Source: Albugo candida (taxonomy: Eukaryota). From it: a stretch of 64,000 nt of DNA. Both the position numbers and the translations under genes were made by a program. The number at the start of each line of letters is the position of its first letter. Positions within the stretch are counted from its first letter, which is position 1. Shown in pieces: positions 23,482 to 38,193 of this stretch. The stretch spans positions 1 through 64,000 of the forward strand of contig JBDOQK010000015.1 in NCBI GenBank assembly GCA_040437565.1. The letters run 5' to 3'. The notes under the pieces are model-generated. The model saw only the letters and a program-made list of their open reading frames with translations. It was not told the origin of the DNA and ran no database searches.

Positions 23482-25608
23482 ATGGTAGATTTTTCCGAGA
23501 AAACTAGCGTGGACTTTAAGTTTGTAAAGTGTGCGGCAACTTCAAAAAAAGAGAACGAGGCGGAAGATCATTTTTCTAATGCACAAGATATCGTGGGGTT
23601 TGATCGCCCAAAAGCGTTGGAATCAAGTCTTTGTCTGTCCGATAACACCGATGAAGCTACTAAGAATCAAGACAGCCGCAATACGAGGAAGGAAAACGAG
23701 AAGTCGGAATTAATCCGCATGATCTTGGAATCTATTGCTAGCGTCCCTGTTGCAATTGAGAAGATCCATACGAATAAAGAACTTCGTATGGCGCTGTATG
23801 AAGAAATTGGCTCAAGTAGTAAACTTCTTAGTTGCTTTGTTTTGGAACCTGAAGCCAATGCTGATACCAATCATTTGACGGACGTGTTATCGAGCACTCC
23901 GGTTTCCCCAAGAAGTGCTTCGGAGGACTTCTCTATCAGTGTACTACCGGACCCAAGCCATCATGAGATCTCAGAATTTATTATACCTCAGAGTTTATCT
24001 CCTTCTGTCTGTCCTTCGAATAAAGCATCGGACCGTCTCGATTTATATACCCACGCTTTGTTTCAAGATGGTGAACCAGCGACTGCGCTCTGGCCGCGAG
24101 AACCAAATCAGTTCGCGTTTACACAGGAAGAAGAAATGACAGGGCAAGAAGGAGGGATATATACTGAAATGGCGGTGTCAGAAGACAGCTTAGATGTTGA
24201 TGAAGAAGGTGGTAGAGGCTCTGATGTTCAATCTTCGTTGGATAACTGTAAGTGCCGAAATCACCTCTATTAAGGCATTGAATATATGAGGATGTCTTGT
24301 TCAATTTTCTAGCGGCAGTAGATTGCCAGAAAAACGAAAACGGTGACCAACTTGAAGTCCTCAATCTACGTATTATCCGACCAAGAAGCCGGACTGGGTT
24401 TGCACCTAGTGAAGACTGGAAGCCCTCAATAAATACCTTAATTGCAGGCCGTTATTTTGTAAGCAAAGAATGTTTTTTCTCTAACGTAATACTGATCGGC
24501 CATTTCTTAGGTGGAATCAGCAATTGGGGAAGCTGTCTTTAGTAGAACGTACAAGTGCCTCGATAATACGTTGGGCCAGCAAGTTTGTCTAAAAATCATC
24601 AGAAATGTCAAAGAGTATTTTGATCAAGGCATTGACGAAATACGTGTACTCGAATATATACAAGAAAATTGTGATGTAGATGACAAGAATCTGCTTCGGC
24701 TACTGGATTATTTCTACTACAGGGAGCATCTCATCGTCGTTACTGAGGTATGCGTATAGAATCTCAGTCGATATTCTGTATCACATGACACTATCATTGT
24801 CGTGCTGTGCAGTTACTACACAATAATCTGTATGAGATGTCTGAAGTTCTACAAGCTGAAGGATTGATAAATTATTTCACTCTAGCTCGGATTAAGCATA
24901 TTGGCAAACAACTTCTCAGTGCCTTGGAGTGTTTGCACTCTTTAAATCTTGTGCACTGTGATCTCAAACCAGAAAACATCCTAATCCAAAGTATTGCTGA
25001 CTGTCAAGTCAAGATAATCGACTTTGGTTCGGCTTGTTTTATAACGGATGAGCTGACATCATATGTGCAATCAAGATCTTATCGAGCACCAGAGGTTTTA
25101 TCGTTGTCCTTTATTCGTGATGCAATAAATACGTGAATAAGTTGACCAATTCTTGTTGTAGGTTATTCTTGGGCTTTCATACGATCAAAAAGTTGATGTC
25201 TGGTCATTGGGGTGTGTACTAGCGGAACTCTTTCTTGATGACGTTTTGTTCAATAATGAGTCGGAAGAGTCTCTATTGGCTTCCATAATCGAAACAATAG
25301 GTAGGTTTCTGGCGATGCGCTATATGAACAACTTGTTATCTACCATACCCTGTATAGGTCCGATTCCATCCAAATTGATGTTGCAAAATCCAGAATTGAT
25401 GATTAACTTCAGCGAGAGTGAAATATTTACTTTTGATAGCAGAGGCAACGGGGTTGTACGAAAGCGGGGAGAGAGTCCGCCACTCGAGAGTCTTGTCCAA
25501 ACCTCAGATCATTTGTTCATTGATCTACTCCGGAATCTACTGCAGATCGATCCAGACTTGCGACTTGCCGCATCTGAAGCTCTTAAGCATACTTGCTTTC
25601 GTACTTAA
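23482..25608 (+). CDS. CMGC/DYRK-family protein kinase (DYRKP-like), 7 exons
   Basis: RTGF...IAGRY, VCLKII, LVHCDLKPENIL, IIDFGSAC, YVQSRSYRAPE, KVDVWSLGCVLAEL, LLQIDPDLRL, joined by ~50-65-nt GT-AG introns. Confidence 0.9.
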
Positions 25609-25684
25609 TATTTTATAGATTACATTAAATCGAATTTAGACGACTTGATGTAATGGTACGCCCCTTGAAGGATAAAAGCGCGCG

Positions 25685-26220
25685 AATGACATTAAAGCCA
25701 ACACTTATAGGGTAATGACAAGATCCACCGCATCAGCGATGACTTGGAGAGCAATAATCGTAGCAAGACATCCAAATCCTTTGGCTATTATATCACTGAC
25801 AAGTGGGCAGACATGTACCCTGGCCAGCAAGTGGCTATTGTCACAAGCGTAGGTCAAGCTCCTAATCCCCCTCCAGGTACTTGACATTGGCTTTTCCATC
25901 TTATCATGACTCACAGGATATCATCCAGGATTTGTACCGCATCGTGCTGGCCAGACGCTGATTGCAAGGAGTGCAACGACAAAAGCATCTAATTCGGCCC
26001 GCGAAATGTATGTTTGTTACAACTTCGATGTACCAATGTTCTCTTATGATTGAAAATTGAGTCTAGCATTAGTTTAGACACGGTTGAATGGTCTGAACAT
26101 CATCTAGAGCAAAGACTCTTGCAGATGAGCGGTTGGGCGACCAAGCCTGTAAGTTCTAATCAGAGACAACTGCGATGTCTGAACAACGCCTTACGCGGTA
26201 ACAATATTCCTTAGCATTAT
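25685..26220 (-). CDS. Possible small multi-exon gene of unknown function
   Basis: Several gtaagg/gtgagt/gtacat donors and short in-frame exons (MLLSLHSLQSASGQHDAVQILDDIL|SLTYACDNSHLLAR|DLDVLLRLLLSK...). No recognisable motif. Confidence 0.25.
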
Positions 26221-26385
26221 GACATCTTTCTCGATATGCAACAATACTGCTTTTTTTCTATTCACAAATACTCGCGAGATCATCTCCAAAATTCGATCAG
26301 ATAGATTCATTTTATTCTTACAGATAATTGGACATTTTAGAGTGATAAAAGCCAATCATAATCGAGAGATATTTTTGGAATAGCC

Positions 26386-28117
26386 ATGGCGAATCAACGC
26401 AAGCTGTTGAGCGAGATTGATCGAACGCTGAAGAAGGTGAACGAAGGAGTCGACGTATTCAACGATATTTGGGATAAAGTATATGCTGCAACCGCTCAGA
26501 ATCAAAAAGAAAAGCATGAATCAGATCTCAAAAAAGAAATAAAAAAACTACAACGATTTCGTGATCAGATAAAAAATTGGATCGGAAACAGCGATGTCAA
26601 AGACAAAAAGCCATTGATGGAAGCTAGAAAGTTGATTGAGCAGAAGATGGAGGAGTTCAAAGTATGTGAAAAAGAAACTAAAACTAAAGCGTACTCAAAA
26701 GAAGGATTGGCTCAAGTAGAGCGATTAGACCCAACAGAGCGAGCAAAGCAGAATAGCCGGATATGGCTGCAGGACTTTTTGTTTCAACTAAACAGTCAAA
26801 TCGAAGCGTTTGAATGTGATTTAGAGAGGTTATATCAAGGAAAAGGTAAGAACAAAAATAAGCACGAAATTGAACTGCTGGAAAGCACTGTCTCGCGACA
26901 CAAATGGCACGTCTTGAAACTGGAGCAAGTGACAAGACTACTGGATAATGACGCATTGGATTCTAGCAAAGTTGACGAGCTCAAGGAGGATATAGAGTAT
27001 TACTTGGAAGCTAATCAGGTAACTGACGCTATCAGACGGTTTATTTTGCTTTTTCGTATTTCATTCGCTCTTACAGGACCCAGATTACATCAGTACCTAT
27101 GGAGAAGATGATATCTATGAAGTACTCGATCTCGATGCGCTTGGCGCGTCGATGCAAGTCGTTCTGCCTTCTGAACAAGACATCGGACATGATGAGGTCG
27201 CTGCTGTAGCTGCAGATGTAGTTGTTACTCCGACTGCTCTCCCTGAAAAGATAGCAAGATCCAAGACGCCAAAGAAAAATAGTTCAAACAGCCTGGTGAT
27301 GGGAATTGGTCGAGCAGTGCCTGCAAAATCAGTAGAAGTGAAGAATCTACACCAAATAACGACGCCCCGTAAAAGTGCACCGTCCAAATCCGAAGAGGCG
27401 ATAGAGGCAAAGAAGTTCGAAGAGAAGAAGATACGGAGCATCGCAACAAGGACCAAAGCGCTATCATCGGATCCATCGAAGGTCTTAATGAACTCTACAC
27501 CTACAAGTATTAGAACTTTTTCGAATACTTCGGATGAACCGAAAGTTCTGACGATTGCTAGTACCAATATCGTTGAGGCGTCACAAGCGCCGACTAACCC
27601 AACATCTACGCATGAGAATCTCAATGAATCAGATCAGTGCAATAAAGTGCATGCACATCCTATCATACATCAAATGACTGAGGAACAAAAACAAACGCTG
27701 AGTTTGGCCGAAGGAAGTCTCCATTTCAAGCCAGATTGTCGAGATTCTCATTTTAGCAGCCAATATACTCCTCGGAATACGTACGCATCACCGGACGCCT
27801 TCCCATCTACACCTCTTAATTTGTTCCGACAACCAGCCAATTATGAAAGATTGGAATTGGACACGTTGTTTTTCATATTTTATCATCAGCAGGGGTGTCT
27901 TCAGCAATACTTGGCAGCAAAAGAACTCAAAAAGCGAGCTTGGGGGTACCATAAAAAATATAGGACTTGGTTTAAGCGTCATGAGGAGCCACAAGTTGCA
28001 CAGGAAGAGTTTGAACAGGGATCATTCGTCTATTTCGATTATGAGAGTGGCTGGTGTCAAAGGATGAAGACAGATTTTACTTTTGACTACACCTTCCTTG
28101 AAGATGAACTCGTTTGA
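26386..28117 (+). CDS. NOT3: CCR4-NOT complex subunit 3 (Not3/Not5), 2 exons
   Basis: N-terminal Not3 domain (RKLLSEIDRTLKKVNEGV...EKETKTKAYSKEGL). Intron 27019-27076. C-terminal NOT box (DTLFFIFYHQQG...YLAAKELKKRAWGYHKKYRTWF...YFDYESGWCQR). Confidence 0.95.
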
Positions 28118-28202
28118 CAGGATTGGCTCTTAATGTTCTACTGTGTTTTTGCCTTTATTGATAATTGGTCAAATATGTCGCTAACATTCTGCTTACATCG
28201 TC

Positions 28203-30183
28203 ATGGCAGGACTTGTTGAAAAACTTGTTAATCTAGTCGGCAGGTGAGCAGCCACGAAAAGAATGAACACCCTTTGTAGCATACTTTGCGTATTACCACA
28301 TATAGAGCGTTTTATTCCGATGAGCACGTCGTAGTCTTACGTGCACTTTTGAGAGAAAAATTCATGAAGGTGAACACCCTACTAATCTCGTACTTTACCA
28401 AAAAATATCTCATCCTTGTTATGTATGGCAAAGGATGATGAAATGGGTAATGCAGTGAACTTGCAGACGCGTCAAGTTCGGAAAATCGTCAATGAATTGC
28501 ATCAAGATCAACTCATTTGCGTGTCAGTGCGCGCTGTATTTTATCGTAAAAGCTTGACCAGACGAGTCTTCTTGTGCATATATCAGCCAAGTTTTGAACG
28601 ATAAACGCCTTGGAGGGAGTTCATCAATGTCTTATTGGTAGGAACTCACTTCAAGATAATTGAGTATCATATCATCATGTTTGGCTTCAGGTACATTGAC
28701 TATAAATATTTCGTTGATGTGGTGCAATATCGACTATACGTGATGCATGAACGATTAAAAGAAAACGAGCAGCTCGAAATCGAAAGGCAGACATTTCAAT
28801 GCAAAGACCCAGATTGTGGGAGAGAGTACACCGCACTTGAGGCCCAACTCCTTTTGATGCCCGGACAATATCAGTTCAGATGTGGACATTGTGGAGAGAT
28901 TCTCAATGAGGTTGCAACTATAAAAAAGTTACCGATTCTTCATGCACATTACATTATCATCGTACTGTAGTGTGATAACAATGATAGACTCGAAAAGATC
29001 CAAAATCTCCAACGCAAAGTAATATCTTTGACTCCGTGGTTTCAAAATTATAATCAAATGCAACTATTTCGTAGTTCAAAGATCAGATGAACAAGCAAAG
29101 TGGGATGCATGATGGAATATATGAATTGCTTAGACGTATAGGAGATTTTGTTCGCGAAGGTCATGCACTACCCAGGTATACCGCACGAATATTGATCGAT
29201 GGAGCATATAATGATATCAAGTATCTCGGACAGCAATTTACCAAGTGACAACAGAGCTGCAGGGATAGGTGGCAATAGCGTTCGAGTAGCAAACGCAAAC
29301 AACGCTCGTGCAAAAAACGGAGCATACAGTCCTAGTGTAGCTAAAAATGGAGGCGAAGGCAACAACTCGTCTCAAGGCAAAGCGAATCAGCCATACTTGT
29401 TCCCATATACCTCACAGGTATTCTTTGACAATATTAGAGAGATGTTACTCGTGCTTGATAACCTTTTCATAGGAGCAAGAGATCATAATCGATATCGCTG
29501 GAAATGAACCGATTGAAGACGACTATTTGAATCTTTCGCAAAATAAAAAAAAAGTGAGTGTTCCGTCAAGTCACTCAGTTTTTTAGAAATTTAAAAATGA
29601 TTTGCTCGCATGGTTAGCAACAAAAGACCGAAACAAAGAAAGGCAATTCGGCAATACCGGAATTCTTGCAAGGAAGCAGCATCACTGGGCATCTAGTTTC
29701 TAACAACGTTGAATTATCGACTCCAGCCAGCGCTCACGGATTGACATCTAAAGATTACTCAGAAAGCACAAATGGGAACTTAAATGAATTACAGCGCCAA
29801 GAATTATTCAAGAAAGCCTATTTGGCCGAGCTAGAGCGCTATAATGAAGAGTCTGAGGTGTCTAAGACAGTAGAAGTCAATGTTGATAAACAAGGATGGG
29901 ATGCGGAAATGAATGAAACATTTGAAGAAGAAGAGCTGGAGGAAATCGAATGGGAGGCTTGCTCTATGGAACTTGATGAAGACAGCTCTTTCGAAGCCTT
30001 GGTGCAAGGAGAGAAAAAGTCACTTCGCATGATCAATGACGATGATTTGCATCAAATGAGTGATGAAGAATTTTTGGTAAGGTACCAGAACAATCCTAAA
30101 AAACAACCTGACTCAATAATGAATCTTTTATTGCGTTGCAGAATTTCTATCAGAATTATGGTCCTAAGCCGATAAAATCCTAA
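28203..30183 (+). CDS. GTF2E1: General transcription factor IIE alpha subunit, multi-exon
   Basis: MAGLVEKLVNLVGR|AFYSDEHVVVLRAL winged-helix start; YW|YIDYKYFVDVVQYRL; zinc ribbon CKDPDC...YTALEA...FRCGHCG; acidic C-terminus; TAA 30181-30183. Confidence 0.85.
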
Positions 30184-33100
30184 ACTTTACTTCTCAAATA
30201 TATTCTCAATCAATTTTTTTCCTAATCATCAACGAATACGCCTTGATGACCGAAAGGCACTCCTGTGATGCATGTAAGCCTCTTTCCATGATTTGGCGCA
30301 CCATCTGAACCGCGTGCAATTCTATAAGCCGAAATGCGCGAAGGTTTATTTTCCGTATAAGCATTTTTGGGATCTCTGTAAGATGACCTCAAGAGGTGTG
30401 CAGAAGCACTTACTTCGACAACTGTACCACTTTTTGAGTGTCCAGCTATGAGTGCAGCTTCCGACACTTTTGGACCACACTTATCTCGTGATTTACCAAT
30501 GTCATAATTCATTGAGCGCGACACGCCATAACTTTCTTGATAAGTCGATAAGGGAGTGCGAATGTTGACTGGTATTGACTTCGCGTCATCACAGTACCTT
30601 AAATCCTCATCCTGCGCTAAACGCGTGTTATCTGCATTAATCAGACGAGCCTGCTTATTCTAGTAGATTTTTCGGTAGGGACAGCCTAAATATTAGAGAT
30701 AGTTTTTTGTACGTACAACTTGCGTAGTTTGCCTTCCTGCAAATTCACTCGCTGTGGTGGTCGTATACATGGTCGTTACAGATTTAGCATCATCCAGCGG
30801 GAGAACACCATTAAGCCTTGACGCACGATCTTCAAACCAATTTCCTGCAAAAAAAGATACAATGTACGCTTACATCTGTCCAAATATCATGATGATATGT
30901 GAATTACCATCAAGAGTGGATTTGCTGTATCGCGACATAAGTCTAGTATGGTTCGTTGGCTCGAACAATGGAACTAGTCTGAAAAAAAAGCATTGCAATC
31001 CAATATTAATAGAATGACGGTCAAAACGACTGTTATAACATTTATGGTGGTGCATTGTACAGTACTATCAGCTTCATGATCGTATGCGATACCATCCTCA
31101 ACGTCTTGGAACCTGCATAAAAATATGAAGTGCTCAGTATAAGCAGCCAGGAATTCAGTTTTTCTTGTCGTTTTGATACAAATTGTGCGAAGTCAAACTG
31201 CTTTTTCTCATGTAGCAAAGAATTCGACATACATGAACTTGGCGTGCTCCATTACTACATATTAGAGTCACTATCATCTATCTCGTGTTTTTGGTGGACA
31301 CTGTGATGAACGAAAGCTGGAGTTGAAACCAACCAATATTGAAGAACCTTAATAATCTAATGCTATCGGTGCACTTCCACTTGATCTGATCGAAGGTGAA
31401 AGAAGACAGTTTTTTCTCGCATATGGTCTCGTACTCATATATGCGAGAAGGCAGACCTTCCGACAATTTCAAAATAAGAGGTGTAACTGGAGCTGATGGT
31501 AGGCACCTATCTAGGCGATACACAGGCGCTTACGTCATTTTTGACATGTAACTCCATTAACTTCGATAATTCAAATTGCGTGTTAGGGCTATAAGGCTGT
31601 CTGTTTCAATTGTGTACAACGAGCATCTCCGCAGACCAATGTAGTACAAAATTGTACTTTGTCCTATCTCTCATTATGAGTGTGAGGATGTCTATTGTAG
31701 TGTCAACTCTTCCAAATTTTGAGTTTGCTGAATTGAGCTGAAGCAATATGCCACATGAAACTCGATACGTTGAAATAGGTTGTGTCATCATTTGTGTCTC
31801 ACAAAAAGGCGATTATCACTGGATCCACATCTACATCCCAACCTAATAAAAGCTCAATCAATCTTTATTTGACAAAGCTGTGTTGAATTGACACTGTTTT
31901 GTCCGCTAATTTTCGAGAAAAGAATCCATTGGGTTTTGTCTAGAACCATTCACCATTGCTGCAGCTGTAGACTGCTTTACATGATTCGTATACGTATCCT
32001 ACATGACAAAGATCGTCAAGATGTTTGTATTATTAAGATCTGCGTACTGATTTGCCACATATGATAAGGCAATCCCTGCACCGATATTTTCATTGATGCA
32101 CTATCGTTCGAACAATAACATATGTTGAAATGTACCGGATTTTTCCTAAAAGTTCAATATAAAAACGAAATGGTCCGTGCGAGAGGTAAATTATCTCCGA
32201 ACTGATTTGACAAAGTAAGCGATGCAAACTGCATGATACATCCGATAAAGCAGGTCAAGAGTAAGATAATATGCTGGCGGATTATACGCTCATAATCACT
32301 TTTGTTACTTCTGTAGTAGATCCACAAAATTTCGCATAGAGAAGCATCTTCCACGAAGTCTATCCCAAAGGCCAATTCAAAGCGCCGTGTGTCCACGTGC
32401 GACGGTAAGTACTGGTTATTGCAGGCTGTAAACGTGTTTTTCACTAACGTCTGACCAAATTTATCCACCAAAAATCCAACGCAGTCCAGAAGTCAAGCCA
32501 CTACGCCTGGTATACATGGCAAAATACAGAATAATTTTGCTCGAAATAGAAAAGTATTTGATCGCAAGGACAGAACAGCACTAACTCCGTGATTTTGAGT
32601 TCAACCGCTCCTTTTTCCAAGCTTTGAACTTAACGCAACAAAATCCTCAAGCTTGTTCAAAGGTCGACGTTGTTCATGTACAGTAGAATCCAGGGTTGCA
32701 CCAAATACCGTGCGTAAAAAGCCCGAATAAGTGAAGAGTAGTAGAAGCTGGCATGATCTTGTCATTTGTGCTCATCAATGTGCGCTGCAAATGGCAGTGG
32801 CGCAGCACAAAGCGTTTACGCATACTATAGTGTCCTTCGATGAAATATAGCAGGTGCCTCACTCTGTCAGGGATGTTTTTCGTGACATGATCTCTCCTAT
32901 TGTAGCTCAAATATGGCATGCTTTATAGGAGCTGGCTATAGCGGCCAACTCCAATTGGTACGCAAAATAACTTTGTGGCGCTCCTTTCATCGCTGTTTTC
33001 TTCGCGAAAAAATTCGAGGAAGAGATGTAGGGGTTATTCCTGGATGCCGCTGAAAGCTTCTATTTCCCCTGATTGATCTGTCGCGTGAAAATCAACTCAA

Positions 33101-34509
33101 GACATCGTTACAACATATCATTCTTCCAGTAATCACCGTTCATTCCTGTGATTGCACACACTAGGCTACTGAGGTGCTTATCGGTCGAGAGCATGCCTAT
33201 GCCCAGCACTAGTAATTTGACGAGTCATTGATGAAGCTCACTGCACCTAAAAAAATGGTTAATGTAAGTAAGCGCTATATGATCGCTATTTTCCAAGCAT
33301 TAAGCAGTTTCGTTCCGCCTGGAGTCAAACACGGAGTGCACGAGTTTACTCTAGTGGTAAAATATGTTCCTCTGGGAGCTAGCAGTTGATCGATGCAGAT
33401 AAGAATTTTCACATAGAATCAAATCCGATCTACATCCAAGTCATGGGATGTGTGGCGTGTCTTCACCTATTCCTGCACGTCTAATATGTACTTTTACGAG
33501 GGAAATCTATGACCTTGACCCTTTTTTGTGTAACCATATTATTGGAAGATTTTGTACGGTGCTGCATGATACATGATCCATTACTCAGTCGAAAGATCCA
33601 TCAAAGCACGGAAATAAATCATTCCTTTTGTAAGCAAATACTTACTGTCTAAGCTGCGTCACTGCCTCGCAATTTGACCAGTGACGACAGCCTTGCATTT
33701 GCTCGAAGTCAAAGACAGTCAGGTTATGGGCAAATTCAAGCTCCAAGCCACTACAAGTTTAATACACATTAGACCATTGCAAGAATTTTTGTCTACAGTT
33801 TTAGGTTTAGCCGGTGCTGCTGAGCTAACGGTTTTACATAACAGGCTATGCGGTTTGAACTTATCCTCAGCACGACTATGTTATGATGGCGGCAGCTTCA
33901 AACATGTCGAAAGGAGACCGAAGGTTCTGCTTCTTTTCGTCTGTTGGAAGTGTACGTGCATATCATTGGATGCAGAGTGCAATGGTCCTTTAAGTAAGGA
34001 CTCTGATAGGTCGGTGTTACAAAGTGCTAATAATTGCTTCTCCAACGCCTTCGAACACAAATGCTCGCAATGTATTCACCGATGCACTGAACTCATTTTT
34101 CTCATTTTCCATTTTTACGGCCCGGGTAAGAAAGTCATACGTGTAGCCCGACATGCGATGTGTTCCTATCGACATTAGCAGTAACTAGTCGAAGGTCGGG
34201 TATGCATACTTTGCAATTTATCTGCCGTGGTTCACTAAGCCCCATCGATTCTCGGTGCGGGATGTGCTGGTAGATCAAAGCCAGTGCTAGTTTCTGAAAG
34301 TGATATTGAGCACATCACATTGTCACAAATTCCATGCCATTCATAATTATTGATGGAAACGATGAGCAGAAAATGTGAGTCGGCTCGCGTCAAGTGTAGG
34401 TAAGTAGGCGGATACGTCCGCTTTGACTACATTTCAGACCGGGTGACATCAAAGCAAGCTCCAACTGATCGACAGTATGGATAGCGAACATATCTTACTA
34501 TTACTTCAA

Positions 34510-36866
34510 CTAGAGGTCAGTGTCTATCCACTTCAAAATGTACTCATTTCTTGCTGTCTCGCCTCTCGCCTCTGATACTCTTCGATTAAATTGCAAGAGT
34601 TTTTTTCCATGTTTAATTTCGGTTGCGTGTTTAGCTTCAAGCATACTTTTTTTAGAGTAAAGTCGATGGACACTGACGAGAGTCAATAATTGTAATAACA
34701 AAGACTTCGTGTGAAGACTGATGCGAATAGCGTTTTTGAGTACTGACTCCCCGCTCTCAAGTTGATCTTGTAGTATGAGTTCGTACCCCAGCATTGCTGA
34801 TAATTCGGCAGTCGTTTCTGCACTGTTCGCATTATGACTACGAAGAGCAGTCTTCAGATTGGAGATTCGATTTCTGCTATCGACAACTGGATGAAAAGGC
34901 TCGACATATTTAGTTGTGGAATTGGCATCTGATTGCCCGCATGACCACCTTTTGGCTCTTGCTTCAAATAATGCAAACTTGAGATACGGCTTAGGTAAAT
35001 GTCAACAATTCCAATGCATCGACTCTTCTACCTTTGCTTGCCATTCCAAGCATCGACGATCGAGAACAAGCGCCTTAAGCACCTGTAAATGAAGGATACC
35101 ATCAGCCAGCTTCGAAAACGTCGAATGGAGTATTTTTGAAGCTGTATCCGGAGAATGTATCGCACCAAGGTTTCTTTGAATCTCGGTAGCGATCATTGCG
35201 TCATACGTAGCTAGATCAAGTATTTCCAGCCATATCTCGATCCAGCAATCCGGGTAAGCACCAATATAGTTGTCAATTGGTAAAAGATGGCACTCGATCA
35301 CCCGTTTCAGCGCGTTTTGAGCTCCAGACTTACATCTTATCACAATCATGTACTGATAAGGTAATTATTTAGCAAAAGCTAATCAAAAATAAGGACGAAC
35401 AAATAAGTACCTTGGCAATCGAGATGTAGATTCTTGAAATGATATATGAATATGTTGGACTATTCACTAAAAATGACTTGTACAGTGAGAACATTTGCAA
35501 AGTTTGATGTATTGTTTGGCACATTGCGAAAAATCGACATTGACGAAATTGCAATTCGCAGTAGAGATGGAGAAGATCGAAAAAAACTCCCAGTAATCCT
35601 GGAGCTATTTTATTTTGTCTTGCTGAATCTGCGGTAGAATTTTGAGCTCGATGTATAAGATCGGCGCACTTTTTGATTGCTGCCACTGAATCGCATTTTG
35701 CTAGCAAGCATACATCCAGCAAGTCCAGCACCAGCGTCATGAAATCATCTGTTGTGGACCAGACACGATTCATGCGACTATCACTCAGTATAACCGCTTT
35801 CGATTTGCGCAGGATATTACTGGCTTCATTGTAATCTCCAATGCTGAGCACCGTCAAGTAATATATGCCCGACAAACGTTTCAGAAAAGCAAAAACTGAC
35901 CTCGATAGTACAAAACAAGATAGAATCCGTTGATAAAACTTTAATTTGCACCAAGTTGAACTTCCAACTTGCGATTTTCGAATCTGTGAACTCAACTGAT
36001 TTGTGCGATTCAAAATCTCACAAGCCTCTTCAGACGTGCCAAAGCTTGTTGTTATCTTGGTGTGATAATTCACTATCATCATCCATACCTGAGAAAACAC
36101 AGTCTGATAAGGAAAAAATCAAAAGGTATCGGTCCTCAATACCTGTAGTTGCACATTCGGCAACTTATCCAATACCGACTTGATACAGCGCAGATGGCTC
36201 TCGAACACTGACTTTGTTTCCTTATGCATCAATACGGCATCATATATCCTGATTAACCTATCTTTGAGTGCCGCGACGAAAATATCTTCATATATACGAA
36301 CAATCCTTTCCTCATTGTGATCGTATTTTACGCATTCGACTATCGCTTCACACAAATTATTCAGTTGACTTGCGTGATTTCTTTTGGTGTATAGTTTTCC
36401 TGCAAAATACTTGGCTCGATACAGTCGAAGTTTCCATTCTTTCTAAAACAAGTACTTGGTAATCAACCAAGTGATTTGACACTGTCACATCATGCCAAAT
36501 GATTTACCGATATTACATTTCCCCAATTGCCGTCTCGCTCGAGCTGTTTTTCGGCATACAAAACGCAATCCTCACACCGGTCGATCATTTTTCTTTCCCG
36601 ACCGGAGATTTTCTTGTCATCCCGAGTTCTGATTACAATGCTTCCGTACATTTCCGCTAAAAATATATGAGCCTTCAGTTTGATTGCAGCATCGCTTGAT
36701 GACTCTGCAAGGCATATCACCTATCAAATGTGATAATTAGTCTAGATCAAAGCATAGATAGCACACATTACATCACCTCCAAGCACTTGATTGCATGAAA
36801 TGGGAGCTTATGTCTCACAAACAGACACGCAAACTCCCATAATGTGCCGTCCGTCGTTTTTATCAT
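34510..36866 (-). CDS. MAU2: TPR-like helical protein, probable cohesin loader subunit MAU2/Scc4, multi-exon
   Basis: N-terminus LWEFACLF...HAIKCLE|VIC...IKLKAHIFLAEMY resembles the MAU2 N-terminal motif. All-helical ORFs at 36490, 36119, 35369, 35002 and 34510 are linked by short introns. C-terminal LLLQLLTLVSVHRLY. Confidence 0.6.
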
Positions 36867-36900
36867 AATCGATAAAACCGGTTTTTTGGCAAGACTAATA

Positions 36901-38193
36901 ATGCGTCGAAAGCGCAATCGTAAGCTCTGATTGAAAAGTATTTACGTGGACATTGCCTGTTCATANNNNNNNNNNNNNNNNNNNNNNNNNNNNNNNNNNN
37001 NNNNNNNNNNNNNNNNNNNNNNNNNNNNNNNNNNNNNNNNNNNNNNNNNNNNNNNNNNNNNNNNNCTGATTGAAAAGTATTTACGTGGACATTGCCTGTT
37101 CATATAATGTAGGCCAAGAAAGTCAACAGATAACGGACTCAGATGAAGTGAGGGTGATTGATGAAGGGCCAAACTCAATGGCTCAATCGTGTAACTTAGT
37201 GAGCTCTAGTCAAGGTCAAAAAGCCGATAAGTCTTCGATCCAAACTCCAGTCGGCATTACTAGACAACCTAAATCATCTAGGATCACGACTCAGTCGTCA
37301 CAGATTTCTCAGATGTCATCAAAGGTACTGCATTACTAGCAATTTTAGCAAACTTACAATTATTGCTTAGACACGGGACGACCTGACGGCGCGGTTAGTA
37401 CGTTATTTACTGTACAAAGCTAATCGAAAGCAAGCTATTCGGTTTGACGATATCAGCAAAGACGTCTACCCTCAGTATCGCAATATCTCAAGGTACTTGA
37501 ACTATTATCTGTGCATCTATACTTATATAAGCTTCGCTAGATATTTCTTCGAGAAAGCGTGCACTCAGCTTGAAAATATATTCGGTTATCACACCGTGCA
37601 AATCGAAGATGCATCTCGCGAGCATTTCTTGATCATTAATGCAATCACTGACCAAGCTCATCTAAGCAACATCTATCAGGCACGACAGTGTGCTGGTAGA
37701 GGATTTTTGATTTTGATACTTGGCCTGCTATGCTGCGCGGATAATAAGCAGCTTGAAGAGGGTGAGTTCAGCCCACCAAATAACAAAACAGCGTCACAAT
37801 TCGAGCTATTCAGATGAACTATGGGCGCAGTTGAAGAGCGCTGATGATAAGGTCGAGCGGAACCAAGACCATCCTGTTTTGGGTGATCTGAGTACTATGC
37901 TGAAACGCTTTGAAAATGAGCTGTGCGTTTGCTTACTTTCTTGAATTTTCTGACTCCCGGATACATTGGTCTTCTAATTTTGTTCCAGGTACCTACGCTC
38001 TAAAACGCAAGTAAATTCTGAGTTGAAAAAAATCAGAGTCTATATGTGTGGAAGTCGAGCCGAATTGGAAATTGGCAAGGAAGCGATTCTAGACTTTGTT
38101 TGCAAGGTATGTAAATAAGTGGAAGCAGTAGAATATGCGGTGACATGTTGTCACGGCTAGACCGTCACGAGGCAATCGCTACCTGAGCATTAA
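36901..38193 (+). CDS. NSE3: MAGE-domain protein, Smc5/6 subunit NSE3; intron 1 spans an N gap
   Basis: LTARLVRYLLYK...IRFDDISKDV...FFEKACTQLENIFGY...GFLILILGLL...EDELWAQLK...HPVLGD...YMCGSRAELEIGKEAILDFVCK is a MAGE homology domain pattern. Confidence 0.85.

Noticed and set aside
27115..27624. 169-aa antisense ORF inside NOT3, and similar shadow ORFs over VIP1, MFAP1 and malate synthase
   Set aside because: Explained as reverse-frame shadows of real coding sequence.
33681..34178. 165-aa ORF
   Set aside because: Non-ATG start, no motif, no splice context; probably a chance ORF in a decayed tract.
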